From Candidatus Saccharimonadota bacterium (GTDB lineage Bacteria; Pseudomonadota; Gammaproteobacteria; Enterobacterales; Enterobacteriaceae), in contig NZ_AP018160.1 of NCBI RefSeq assembly GCF_004296515.1, positions 1 to 32,000 on the forward strand: 32,000 nt of DNA. Reading direction: 5' to 3'. Position numbers and translations under genes: made by a program. The notes beneath the pieces were generated by a model, which had not been told where the DNA came from, searched no databases, and worked only from the letters and a program-made list of their open reading frames with translations. Below, piece by piece: positions 19,556 through 32,000 of this stretch. Every line of letters begins with the position of its first letter. Positions within the stretch are counted from its first letter, which is position 1.

Positions 19556-20983
19556 ATGAATAATAAAAATATTTTGGATTTAAATAATATAAAAAAAATA
19601 CATTTTATAGGAATTGGTGGAATATGTATTAGTGGTATAGCAAAAATATTTTTAAAAAAAGGATATATTATAACTGGATCTGATATTATTAAAAATAATA
19701 TTATAAAAGATTTAGATAATATTGGTATTAAAATATATATTGGACATAATAAAAATAATATTTATAATTCTGATATTATTATATTTTCTAGTGCAATAAA
19801 ACCTGATAATGTAGAAATTTTAGAGGCTATTAATTTAAATATACCTATATTAAGTAGAGGTGAAATTTTAAATAAATTAACTAAAAATTATTATTCTATA
19901 TGTATAGCAGGTAGTCATGGAAAAACTACTATTACATCTATAATATCTTTTATATTTATTAATTCTGGATATAATATAACTTTTTTATCTGGAGGGATAT
20001 TAAAAAATTTTAATAGTAATTATAATTTAGGAAATAGTAAATATTTTGTAATAGAATCTGATGAAAGTGATTCCACTTTTTTAAAACTAAATCCTTCTGT
20101 ATCAATAATATCTAATATAGATAATGATCATTTAATTTTTTATAATAATGATTTTAATAATTTAAAAAACTCTTTTATTAAATTTATAAATAATGTTCCT
20201 AAAAATGGATTATCGATTATATGTATAGATAATAAAATTTTAAAAGATATATTATATAATAATAATTTTGTTTGTAAAATAATAACATATGGATTTGATG
20301 ATAGTGCTGATGTAGTTATTACTGAGTATTTTCAATATAATTTTTTTAGTAAATTTCTATTAAAAAGTAATAAATATAAAGATTTTAATTTTTCTATTAA
20401 AATTAATTATTTACCAGGAAAATATAATGCTTTAAATATAACAGCGTCTGTAATATTAACAATATTAGAAGGAATAGATCATAAATTAGTTATTAAATCC
20501 TTGTTAGATTTTAAAGGTATAAATAGAAGGTTTGAAATTTTAAAATATAAATTTATTAATAAAAATTTATATAATAAAAAAATATTTTTAATAAGTGATT
20601 ATGGACATCATCCATCAGAAATAAATTCTGTAATACAAAATATAAGATTAGGATGGAGTGATTATAAAATTATTATGATATTTCAACCTCATAGATATAC
20701 TAGAACAAATAGTTTACTATTTGATTTTATAAAAATTTTAATAAAAGTTGATTATTTAATATTATTAGATATATTCTCAGCAGGAGAAGATAATTTATAT
20801 AATATAAGTAGTAAAAATATATTTTTAAAGATTAAACTATATAAAAAAAATAATATTTTTTACCTTAAAAATATAAATAATATTTCAAATATATTAAATA
20901 AATTAATTACATATAAAAATATTATTTTAATACAAGGAGCTGGAAATATAAATGATATAATATTAAATAATTTAAATCTTTAA
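19556..20983 (+). CDS. murC: UDP-N-acetylmuramate--L-alanine ligase
   Basis: 475 aa. Matching blocks are IHFIGIGGICISGIA, the P-loop IAGSHGKTTIT, ESDESDS, YGHHPSEI and FQPHRYTRT. Confidence 0.9.
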   Translation: MNNKNILDLNNIKKIHFIGIGGICISGIAKIFLKKGYIITGSDIIKNNIIKDLDNIGIKIYIGHNKNNIYNSDIIIFSSAIKPDNVEILEAINLNIPILSRGEILNKLTKNYYSICIAGSHGKTTITSIISFIFINSGYNITFLSGGILKNFNSNYNLGNSKYFVIESDESDSTFLKLNPSVSIISNIDNDHLIFYNNDFNNLKNSFIKFINNVPKNGLSIICIDNKILKDILYNNNFVCKIITYGFDDSADVVITEYFQYNFFSKFLLKSNKYKDFNFSIKINYLPGKYNALNITASVILTILEGIDHKLVIKSLLDFKGINRRFEILKYKFINKNLYNKKIFLISDYGHHPSEINSVIQNIRLGWSDYKIIMIFQPHRYTRTNSLLFDFIKILIKVDYLILLDIFSAGEDNLYNISSKNIFLKIKLYKKNNIFYLKNINNISNILNKLITYKNIILIQGAGNINDIILNNLNL

Positions 20984-21000
20984 TTATATAAATTAATTTC

Positions 21001-23514
21001 ATGTTTAATTATTTTTCTAAATATATAAATAAATATAAAAATCAGCATATATTAAATTCAATAAAAAAAAAAGTAGAAATTATTAATTTTATTAGTAAAG
21101 ATATAGAAAAATTAAGTGATAAAGAGTTATCAAATAAAACTAATGAATTTATATTTAGATTAAATAAAGGAAAGGATATAGATTCTATATTATTTGAATC
21201 TTTTGCTGTTGTAAAAGAATCTATAAATAGAATATTTGGAATTAAATTATTTGATGTTCAAATAATAGGTGGAATTGTATTACATAATAAATGTATAGCT
21301 GAAATGTCTACTGGTGAAGGTAAAACTTTAACTTCTACATTGCCAGCTTATTTTAATTCATTATATAAAAAAGGAGTTCATATAGTTACTATGAATGATT
21401 ATTTAGCTAAAAGAGATGCAGAAAATAATATTCCTTTATTTAAATTTTTAGGAATTACTGTTGGTATTAATTTGAGTAATTCATCTTTTGAAGAAAAAAA
21501 AAAATCTTATTTATGTGATATAACATATGGAACAAATAATGAATATTGTTTTGATTATTTAAGAGATAATTTAGTCATGAATTATAATGATAAGATTCAA
21601 AGATCTTTAAATTATGCAATAATAGATGAAATAGATTCTATATTAATAGATGAAGCAAGAACTCCATTAATAATATCAGATCAAAATAAAAATAATTCTT
21701 CTTTATATTTAAAAATTAATTCATTAATAAAATATTTAATAAATAATGATATATATTTTGAAAAAGATAAATATTTTATTTTAGATTTAAAATTTAAACA
21801 AATAACTTTAACAGAAAATGGTTTTAAATTAATAGAAAAATTAATGATTAATTTAAATTATATTAAAAATGAAAATTTATTATATCTTCCAGAAAATATT
21901 ATATTAGTACATCATTTTATAATATCATTAAAAGCTCATTTATTATTTAAAATTAATATAGATTATATTATAAAAGATAATAAAGTTATTATTGTTGATG
22001 AGAATACTGGTAGGGCAATAGAAAAAAGAAGATGGTCTGATGGATTACATCAAGCAATAGAGGCTAAAGAGAATTTAGAAATACAAAATGAAAGTTATAA
22101 TTTAACATCAATAACATTTCAAAGTTATTTTAAATTATATAATAAATTATCTGGAATGACTGGAACCGCTTATTCTGAAAAAGAAGAATTTAAATATATA
22201 TATAATCTTGATACTATAGTAATACCAACTAATAAATTAATTATAAGAAAAGATTTTCCAGATTTAATATTCTTAACAGAAAAAGATAAAATAAAAGCAA
22301 TTATAAATGATATAATAAAATGTCATAATAAAAATCAACCTGTATTAGTTGGTACAATATCTATAGAAAAATCTGAATTTATATCTAATGAATTAAAGAA
22401 AATAGGTATAAAACATAATATATTAAATGCAAAATATAATGAAGCAGAAGCAGAAATAATATCTCAAGCTGGAAAACCTGGTTCTATTACAATAGCAACA
22501 AATATGGCTGGTAGAGGTACAGATATTATTTTAGGTGGAAATTTTAATAATGAAATAAAAAATTTAAAAAATAAAGATATTTCTATAATTAATAAAATTA
22601 AAAATAATTGGAAATTAAATAATAATATTGTAATAAAATCTGGAGGATTACATATAATAGGAACCGAAAGACATGAATCTAGAAGAATAGATAATCAACT
22701 TATAGGAAGATCTGGAAGACAAGGTGATCCTGGTTCTTCTAAATTTTATTTATCTATGGAAGATCAACTTATTAAAATGTTTATTTCAGATAAAATGTTG
22801 GATTTAATAAGTAAGTTAGATTTTTCTAAATTAGAACATCCTTGGATAGATATTTTAATAAGAAATTCTCAAAAAAAAATAGAAAATAGAAATTTTAATA
22901 TTAGAAAACAATTAATAATGTATGATGATATATATAATAATCAAAGAAATATTATATATAAAATAAGAGATTATTTTTTAAGTATTGATGATATTTATAA
23001 TATTGTGAAATTATTTATAGATGAAATTATAAATAATATTTTATTAAAATTTATTCCAATAAATTCTAATAAAAAAAAGTGGGATATTGAAAAATTAAAT
23101 AATTTTTTAATTAAAGATTTTAATTTTTTAGATTTATTATTAAATAATATAGATATTTATAAAATTAATAATGATTGTTTAATTAGAGATTTAATATATA
23201 AAAAAATAATAGAAAATTATAATAATTTTTTAAAATATAAAAATATATTAAGTACTATAAAAAGTAGTATTTTTATAAAAAAATTAGATTTATTATGGAG
23301 AGAACATTTAAATAATTTAGATAATTTACATAAAGGTATATATTTAAGAAGTTATGCTCAGAAAAATCCTAGACAAGAATTTAAATTAGAATCTTTTAAT
23401 TTATTTAATAATATGTTATTTTCATGGAAATTTGAAAGTTTAGTTGTATTAAATAAATTTATTTTTAATAATAAATCTTCTTTGGATGAAAATTTGATAA
23501 ATAATATTTATTAA
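21001..23514 (+). CDS. secA: preprotein translocase ATPase SecA (no C-terminal zinc-finger tail)
   Basis: 837 aa. Matching blocks are FDVQIIGGIVLH, AEMSTGEGKTL, DEIDSILIDEARTPLIIS, ATNMAGRGTDI and RIDNQLIGRSGRQGDPGSSKFYLS. The C-terminus has no Cys-rich CPCGSGKKYKQCHG-type motif. Confidence 0.95.
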   Translation: MFNYFSKYINKYKNQHILNSIKKKVEIINFISKDIEKLSDKELSNKTNEFIFRLNKGKDIDSILFESFAVVKESINRIFGIKLFDVQIIGGIVLHNKCIAEMSTGEGKTLTSTLPAYFNSLYKKGVHIVTMNDYLAKRDAENNIPLFKFLGITVGINLSNSSFEEKKKSYLCDITYGTNNEYCFDYLRDNLVMNYNDKIQRSLNYAIIDEIDSILIDEARTPLIISDQNKNNSSLYLKINSLIKYLINNDIYFEKDKYFILDLKFKQITLTENGFKLIEKLMINLNYIKNENLLYLPENIILVHHFIISLKAHLLFKINIDYIIKDNKVIIVDENTGRAIEKRRWSDGLHQAIEAKENLEIQNESYNLTSITFQSYFKLYNKLSGMTGTAYSEKEEFKYIYNLDTIVIPTNKLIIRKDFPDLIFLTEKDKIKAIINDIIKCHNKNQPVLVGTISIEKSEFISNELKKIGIKHNILNAKYNEAEAEIISQAGKPGSITIATNMAGRGTDIILGGNFNNEIKNLKNKDISIINKIKNNWKLNNNIVIKSGGLHIIGTERHESRRIDNQLIGRSGRQGDPGSSKFYLSMEDQLIKMFISDKMLDLISKLDFSKLEHPWIDILIRNSQKKIENRNFNIRKQLIMYDDIYNNQRNIIYKIRDYFLSIDDIYNIVKLFIDEIINNILLKFIPINSNKKKWDIEKLNNFLIKDFNFLDLLLNNIDIYKINNDCLIRDLIYKKIIENYNNFLKYKNILSTIKSSIFIKKLDLLWREHLNNLDNLHKGIYLRSYAQKNPRQEFKLESFNLFNNMLFSWKFESLVVLNKFIFNNKSSLDENLINNIY

Positions 23515-23517
23515 TTT

Positions 23518-25005
23518 ATGAAGATAAATATTTTAAATAAATTAAGATTATCTTATAAAAAAATAATAAATAATAATTCAGAATATATATTTAATACAAA
23601 TAAAAAAAAAAATAATTTTTCTATTACATTTAACAAAAATATACTAATAGATTTTTCTAAAAATATTATTAATAACAATATAATAAATTTATTAGTTAAA
23701 TTATTTAATAAATTTAATTTTTTAAATTTAAAAAATAATAATTATTTAAGTTATAAAGAAATATTTTATTTAGATACTATTTTAATAAATAAAATAAATT
23801 TTTTATATAATAAACTTATTTATAACTCTTTTAATATTATAGAAAATATAGTAAATATAGGTCATTTAAAATATAAATATGAATTTGATTTTATATCTAA
23901 TGTATTAAAAGAATATAAAGTAAATAATTATAAATTTTATTATTTATCTTATTTAAATTCAGATATTATAAATATAATAAAAAATTTTAATTTAAAAAAA
24001 ACTATTTTTATAATTTCATATGATACATATGAAGATTATAAATTAATAGAAATTATTAATTTTATAATAAATAGAATTAATCTAGAAATAGATAATATTA
24101 ATAATTATATAAATACTAATATTATTATATTAACATCTTTAAATTTAAAAAATAGAATATTTAATATAAATACTAATAATATTATATATATAAATACTAA
24201 TATAAATATTAATACTAATTCTATATATTATATAAGTATGATTTTGTTAATATATTTAGGTAATTTAAATTTTAATAATTTTATTAAAGGTATTAAAAAT
24301 ATAAATAATAATTTTTTATATGAAAAAAAAATATATAATAATATATCAGTTTTATTATCTTTAATAGATATTTGGTATTTAATATTTTTTAAATTTAGAA
24401 TTAATTTAATGTTTTTAGATTATTATTTAAACAATTTTATAAATTATTATATAAATTTACATTTATTTTATAAAAATATTAGTTTTTATAAAAATATAAT
24501 ATTAGGATCTTCAGATATATATATTCAAAATTTTTTATATAAAACATTACTTAATAATAAAAATTTAAATTGTGAATTTATTTTTTTTTGTAAAAATAAT
24601 AATTTTTTATTTGAATATAATCATAATAATTTTATTTCTGAATCATTTTATAGATCTAGATCTATGTTTTTTATAAATAATAATATAAATAATATAAAAA
24701 ATTTTTTATTTAATAAAAAAAGAAAAAATTATGAATTTAATAATAATATAAATATTATTCCAAATAATTTTATTCTTTTAAATAAGTTAAATCCTAATAA
24801 TTTAGGTATTTTAATTTATATTTATAAATATAGAATTTTTTTAAAAAATATTTTAATAAGCAATATTAAAAATGAAAAATTAAATTTTAATTATTTAGAT
24901 AATATAATAGATATTTTAGATATAAAATTAGAAAATCAAGAAACTAATTACGATACTTCAACTAATGAATTAATAAATTTTTATAAAAAAAATAGGTATA
25001 TATAA
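23518..25005 (+). CDS. pgi: glucose-6-phosphate isomerase homologue, highly eroded (catalytic motifs not recognisable)
   Basis: 495 aa. Five collinear blocks match E. coli Pgi. FSITFNKNILIDFSKN matches FSATFDDQMLVDYSKN. VNIG is identical. ISVLLSLIDIWYLIFF matches LPVLLALIGIWYNNFF. LGILIYIYKYRIF matches LGALIALYEHKIF. YDTSTNELINFYKKNR matches HDSSTNGLINRYKAWR. Confidence 0.7.
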   Translation: MKINILNKLRLSYKKIINNNSEYIFNTNKKKNNFSITFNKNILIDFSKNIINNNIINLLVKLFNKFNFLNLKNNNYLSYKEIFYLDTILINKINFLYNKLIYNSFNIIENIVNIGHLKYKYEFDFISNVLKEYKVNNYKFYYLSYLNSDIINIIKNFNLKKTIFIISYDTYEDYKLIEIINFIINRINLEIDNINNYINTNIIILTSLNLKNRIFNINTNNIIYINTNININTNSIYYISMILLIYLGNLNFNNFIKGIKNINNNFLYEKKIYNNISVLLSLIDIWYLIFFKFRINLMFLDYYLNNFINYYINLHLFYKNISFYKNIILGSSDIYIQNFLYKTLLNNKNLNCEFIFFCKNNNFLFEYNHNNFISESFYRSRSMFFINNNINNIKNFLFNKKRKNYEFNNNINIIPNNFILLNKLNPNNLGILIYIYKYRIFLKNILISNIKNEKLNFNYLDNIIDILDIKLENQETNYDTSTNELINFYKKNRYI

Positions 25006-26268
25006 TTATATTTTTTTCATCATTTCAAAAAATTCATTATTTGTTTTAGTGATTGATAATTTATTTATTAAAAACTCTATTACTTCTACTTCATTCATTG
25101 AGTTAAGTATTTTTCTTAATATCCACATTTTTTTTAATTCATTAGAGTCTATAAGCAATTCTTCTTTTCTAGTTCCAGATCTATTATAATCTATTGCTGG
25201 AAATATTCTTTTTTCTGATATTTTTCTAGATAAATGTAATTCCATATTTCCAGTTCCTTTAAATTCTTCATATATTACTTCATCCATTTTAGAACCTGTA
25301 TCTATTAATGCAGTAGCTATTATAGTTAAACTTCCGCCTTCATACATATTTCTAGCAGCTCCAAAAAATTTTTTTGGTCTATTTAATGCATTTACATCTA
25401 TACCACCTGTTAATACTCTTCCAGAAGATGGGATTATAGAATTGTATGCTCTTGTTAATCTTGTTATAGAATCTAACAAAATTATAACATCTTTTTTATG
25501 TTCTACTAATCTTTTAGCTCTTTCTATAACCATTTCAGATACTTGTACATGTCTTGAATATGGTTCATCAAATGTTGATGAAATAACATTATTATTACCT
25601 ATTATTTTTTGCATTTCTGTTACTTCTTCTGGTCTTTCGTCTATTAATAATACTATTAATATACAATCATTATGATTTAATAATATACTATTAGCTATAT
25701 TTTGTAATAAAATTGTTTTTCCAGCTTTAGGTGGTGCAACTATTAATCCTCTTTGTCCTTTACCTATAGGAGCTGATAAATCTAATATTCTTGTTGTTAT
25801 ATCTTCTATGGAATTATTACCTTTTTCCATTTTTAATCTTGAATTTGCATGTAATGGAGTTAAATTTTCAAATAGTATTTTATTATAATAATTTTCTGGT
25901 TTATCAAAATTTATTTCATCTATTTTTAATAATGCAAAATATTTTTCTCCATCTTTTGGAGGTCTTATTTTTCCAGATATAGTATCTCCTGTTTTTAGAT
26001 TAAATTTTTTTATTTGACTAGGAGAAATATATATATCATCAGGACCAGCTAAATATGAACTATTTACTGAACGTAAAAATCCAAATCCATCTTGCATAAT
26101 TTCTAAAATTCCATCTCCAAATATATCTTCTCCATTTTTAGAATGTTGTTTTAATATATTAAATATAATATCTTGTTTATGCATTTTAGATAAATTTTCT
26201 AATTCTATTTTTTCTCCAATATTTATTAATTCAGATATTGATTTATTTTTTAGTTTAGTTAAATTCAT
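25006..26268 (-). CDS. rho: transcription termination factor Rho
   Basis: 420 aa and very close to E. coli Rho. Matching blocks are [51 protein letters not shown] and the Walker A PPKAGKT. Its stop codon abuts the pgi-like stop with 0 nt spacer. Confidence 0.97.
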   Translation of the reverse strand: MNLTKLKNKSISELINIGEKIELENLSKMHKQDIIFNILKQHSKNGEDIFGDGILEIMQDGFGFLRSVNSSYLAGPDDIYISPSQIKKFNLKTGDTISGKIRPPKDGEKYFALLKIDEINFDKPENYYNKILFENLTPLHANSRLKMEKGNNSIEDITTRILDLSAPIGKGQRGLIVAPPKAGKTILLQNIANSILLNHNDCILIVLLIDERPEEVTEMQKIIGNNNVISSTFDEPYSRHVQVSEMVIERAKRLVEHKKDVIILLDSITRLTRAYNSIIPSSGRVLTGGIDVNALNRPKKFFGAARNMYEGGSLTIIATALIDTGSKMDEVIYEEFKGTGNMELHLSRKISEKRIFPAIDYNRSGTRKEELLIDSNELKKMWILRKILNSMNEVEVIEFLINKLSITKTNNEFFEMMKKI

Positions 26269-26286
26269 AATAATAATTTTAATATT

Positions 26287-26523
26287 TTGTTAAATAATAT
26301 AAATGAAATTAAATTTCTAATTTCTAAAAGACATATAGATATTTTAAAAAAATCATTTAATATTTTAAATATTGATGAAAATAAATTTGATATATCAATA
26401 TTATCGGATAATATTTCACTTTCTCAAAAAGAATTATTAAGTTTAATAAATATAAATAAAAATACACATAATTCAGAAAAAATATTATCAGAAATATTTT
26501 CAAAATTTTGTATAGGTAAATAA
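26287..26523 (+). CDS. hypothetical 78-codon ORF with no in-frame ATG; TTG is the only conventional start
   Basis: An open frame fills 237 of the 259 nt between rho and tRNA-Trp. It has no internal Met codon and no Shine-Dalgarno. I recognise no confident homologue. It may be spurious. Confidence 0.3.
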   Translation: MLNNINEIKFLISKRHIDILKKSFNILNIDENKFDISILSDNISLSQKELLSLININKNTHNSEKILSEIFSKFCIGK

Positions 26524-26527
26524 TAAA

Positions 26528-26599
26528 CAGGGATGGAGAGATTTGAACTCCCATCATCCAGTTTTGGAGACTGGCGATCTTCCATTGATCTACATCCCT
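26528..26599 (-). tRNA. tRNA-Trp, anticodon CCA
   Basis: The reverse complement is AGGGATGTAGATCAATGGAAGATCGCCAGTCTCCAAAACTGGATGATGGGAGTTCAAATCTCTCCATCCCTG. It is collinear with E. coli tRNA-Trp, with anticodon loop CTCCAAA. No CCA is encoded. Confidence 0.92.
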
Positions 26600-26610
26600 A
26601 TTTATTTATA

Positions 26611-26727
26611 TAAATGATATTTTCCTACTCTAACATAGAATAATCTATACTACCATCGGCACTATGATATTTCACTTCTGAATTCGGAATGGGATCAGGT
26701 GTTTCCATCACGTTATGAATATCAAAT
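26611..26727 (-). rRNA. rrf: 5S ribosomal RNA
   Basis: The reverse complement contains CACCTGATCCCATTCCGAATTCAGAAGTGAAAT and GCCGATGGTAGT...GAGAGTAGG-like blocks collinear with E. coli 5S. The ends, placed by alignment and helix I pairing (TGATATT/AATATCA), are accurate to a few nt. Confidence 0.92.
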
Positions 26728-26776
26728 ATATATATTTATAAATTTTATATTATAAAATTATACTTTTCAATACTTA

Positions 26777-29681
<2,905 letters not shown>

Positions 29682-29696
29682 ATAAGTATAAAATAT

Positions 29697-29768
29697 TGTC
29701 TCTTAGGGGATTCGAACCCCTATTATTGCCTTGAAAGGGCAATGTCCTAACCTTTAGACGAAAGAGAC
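29697..29768 (-). tRNA. tRNA-Glu, anticodon UUC
   Basis: The reverse complement is GTCTCTTTCGTCTAAAGGTTAGGACATTGCCCTTTCAAGGCAATAATAGGGGTTCGAATCCCCTAAGAGACA. It is collinear with E. coli tRNA-Glu, with anticodon loop CTTTCAA. No CCA is encoded. It sits in the usual spacer-tRNA position 5' of the 23S gene. Confidence 0.93.
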
Positions 29769-29778
29769 GATAAATTTA

Positions 29779-31747
<1,969 letters not shown>

Positions 31748-31752
31748 ATTTA

Positions 31753-31757
31753 TCCTC
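31753..31757 (-). promoter_or_regulatory. Shine-Dalgarno (GAGGA) for groES
   Basis: Plus-strand TCCTC is GAGGA on the minus strand, 5 nt upstream of the ATG at 31745-31747. Confidence 0.6.
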
Positions 31758-31947
31758 AAATATTATTAAATAAATTTATTAATAAAATTATTTTAATATA
31801 AATATTATCATATTATTAAATAAATAATAATTAATAAAAATTTATATGAAATATATATAAAATACAAGTATAATATTAAATATTAGATTTTAATATATAT
31901 AATATATATTATATTATATTTTATAAAAAGTTATTTTAAAAATAGTT

Positions 31948-32000
31948 GCCCAAATAGCTCAGTTGGTAGAGCAATGGACTGAAGATCCATGTGTCGATGG
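31948..32000 (+). tRNA. tRNA-Phe, anticodon GAA, truncated by the window end
   Basis: GCCCAAATAGCTCAGTTGGTAGAGCAATGGACTGAAGATCCATGTGTCGATGG is collinear with E. coli tRNA-Phe (GCCCGGATAGCTCAGTCGGTAGAGCAGGGGATTGAAAATCCCCGTGTCCTTGG...). The anticodon loop is CTGAAGA. Confidence 0.9.

Noticed and set aside
23518-25005. Repetitive-looking AAT/ATA/AAA-rich stretches that might suggest tandem repeats or a CRISPR-like array.
   Set aside because: There is no regular repeat-spacer periodicity. The pattern is low-complexity Asn/Ile/Lys/Tyr coding sequence within one continuous open frame that aligns to Pgi.
25442-25982. Two plus-strand ORFs (77 and 63 aa) inside rho.
   Set aside because: They are antisense to one of the best-conserved genes in the window, and nothing independently supports them.
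26501-26510. Perfect 10-nt palindrome CAAAATTTTG downstream of tRNA-Trp, considered as a terminator for the rRNA unit.
   Set aside because: It has no loop, is all A/T apart from the terminal pair, and has no distinct U-tract beyond background. The thermodynamics are negligible.
26357-26557. 66-aa minus-strand ORF overlapping tRNA-Trp and the orphan ORF.
   Set aside because: It runs through the tRNA-Trp gene. The translation is hydrophobic and low in complexity, so it is most likely an artefact.
31841-31868. Sigma-32-like promoter upstream of groES, read on the minus strand as CTTGTA-N11-TTTCATATA.
   Set aside because: The match to CTTGAA / CCCCATNTA is only partial, and the spacing is shorter than the 13-15 bp consensus. 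The surrounding spacer is nearly pure A/T, so such matches are expected by chance.

Overview
This window is an extremely A+T-rich, almost spacer-free stretch from a highly reduced gammaproteobacterial (Enterobacterales-derived) endosymbiont genome. No mobile elements, CRISPR arrays or defence-type accessory genes are visible. All homology calls are by-eye comparisons with remembered E. coli protein and RNA sequences; no search was run.

Gene order:
- Plus strand: dnaN, gyrB.
- Minus strand: tRNA-Ser, lysS, prfB, recJ, rpsA, aroA, serS.
- Plus strand: infA, then a pruned dcw cluster (rsmH, murE, murF, mraY, murD, murG, murC), secA, and a strongly eroded pgi-like ORF.
- Minus strand: rho.
- Plus strand: a small orphan ORF.
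- Minus strand: tRNA-Trp, 5S, 23S, tRNA-Glu, groEL, groES.
- Plus strand: a truncated tRNA-Phe at the window edge.

Local gene order matches fragments of the E. coli map, with near-scarless deletions between the retained genes. The very low GC, the retained shikimate gene aroA and the retained lipid II pathway fit a tiny-genome insect symbiont such as a Nardonella-like weevil symbiont. That assignment is inference only.

Items most worth a second look:
1. A full-length open reading frame derived from pgi in which the recognisable catalytic and phosphate-binding motifs appear replaced.
2. mraY split by a frameshift inside a T12 homopolymer.
3. An RF2 gene lacking all of domain 1 and the programmed frameshift site.
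4. A dcw cluster reduced to exactly the lipid II assembly enzymes.
5. tRNA-Glu, 23S, 5S and tRNA-Trp lying 10 nt behind groEL, with no 16S gene.
6. A 78-codon orphan ORF with no ATG between rho and the rRNA unit.
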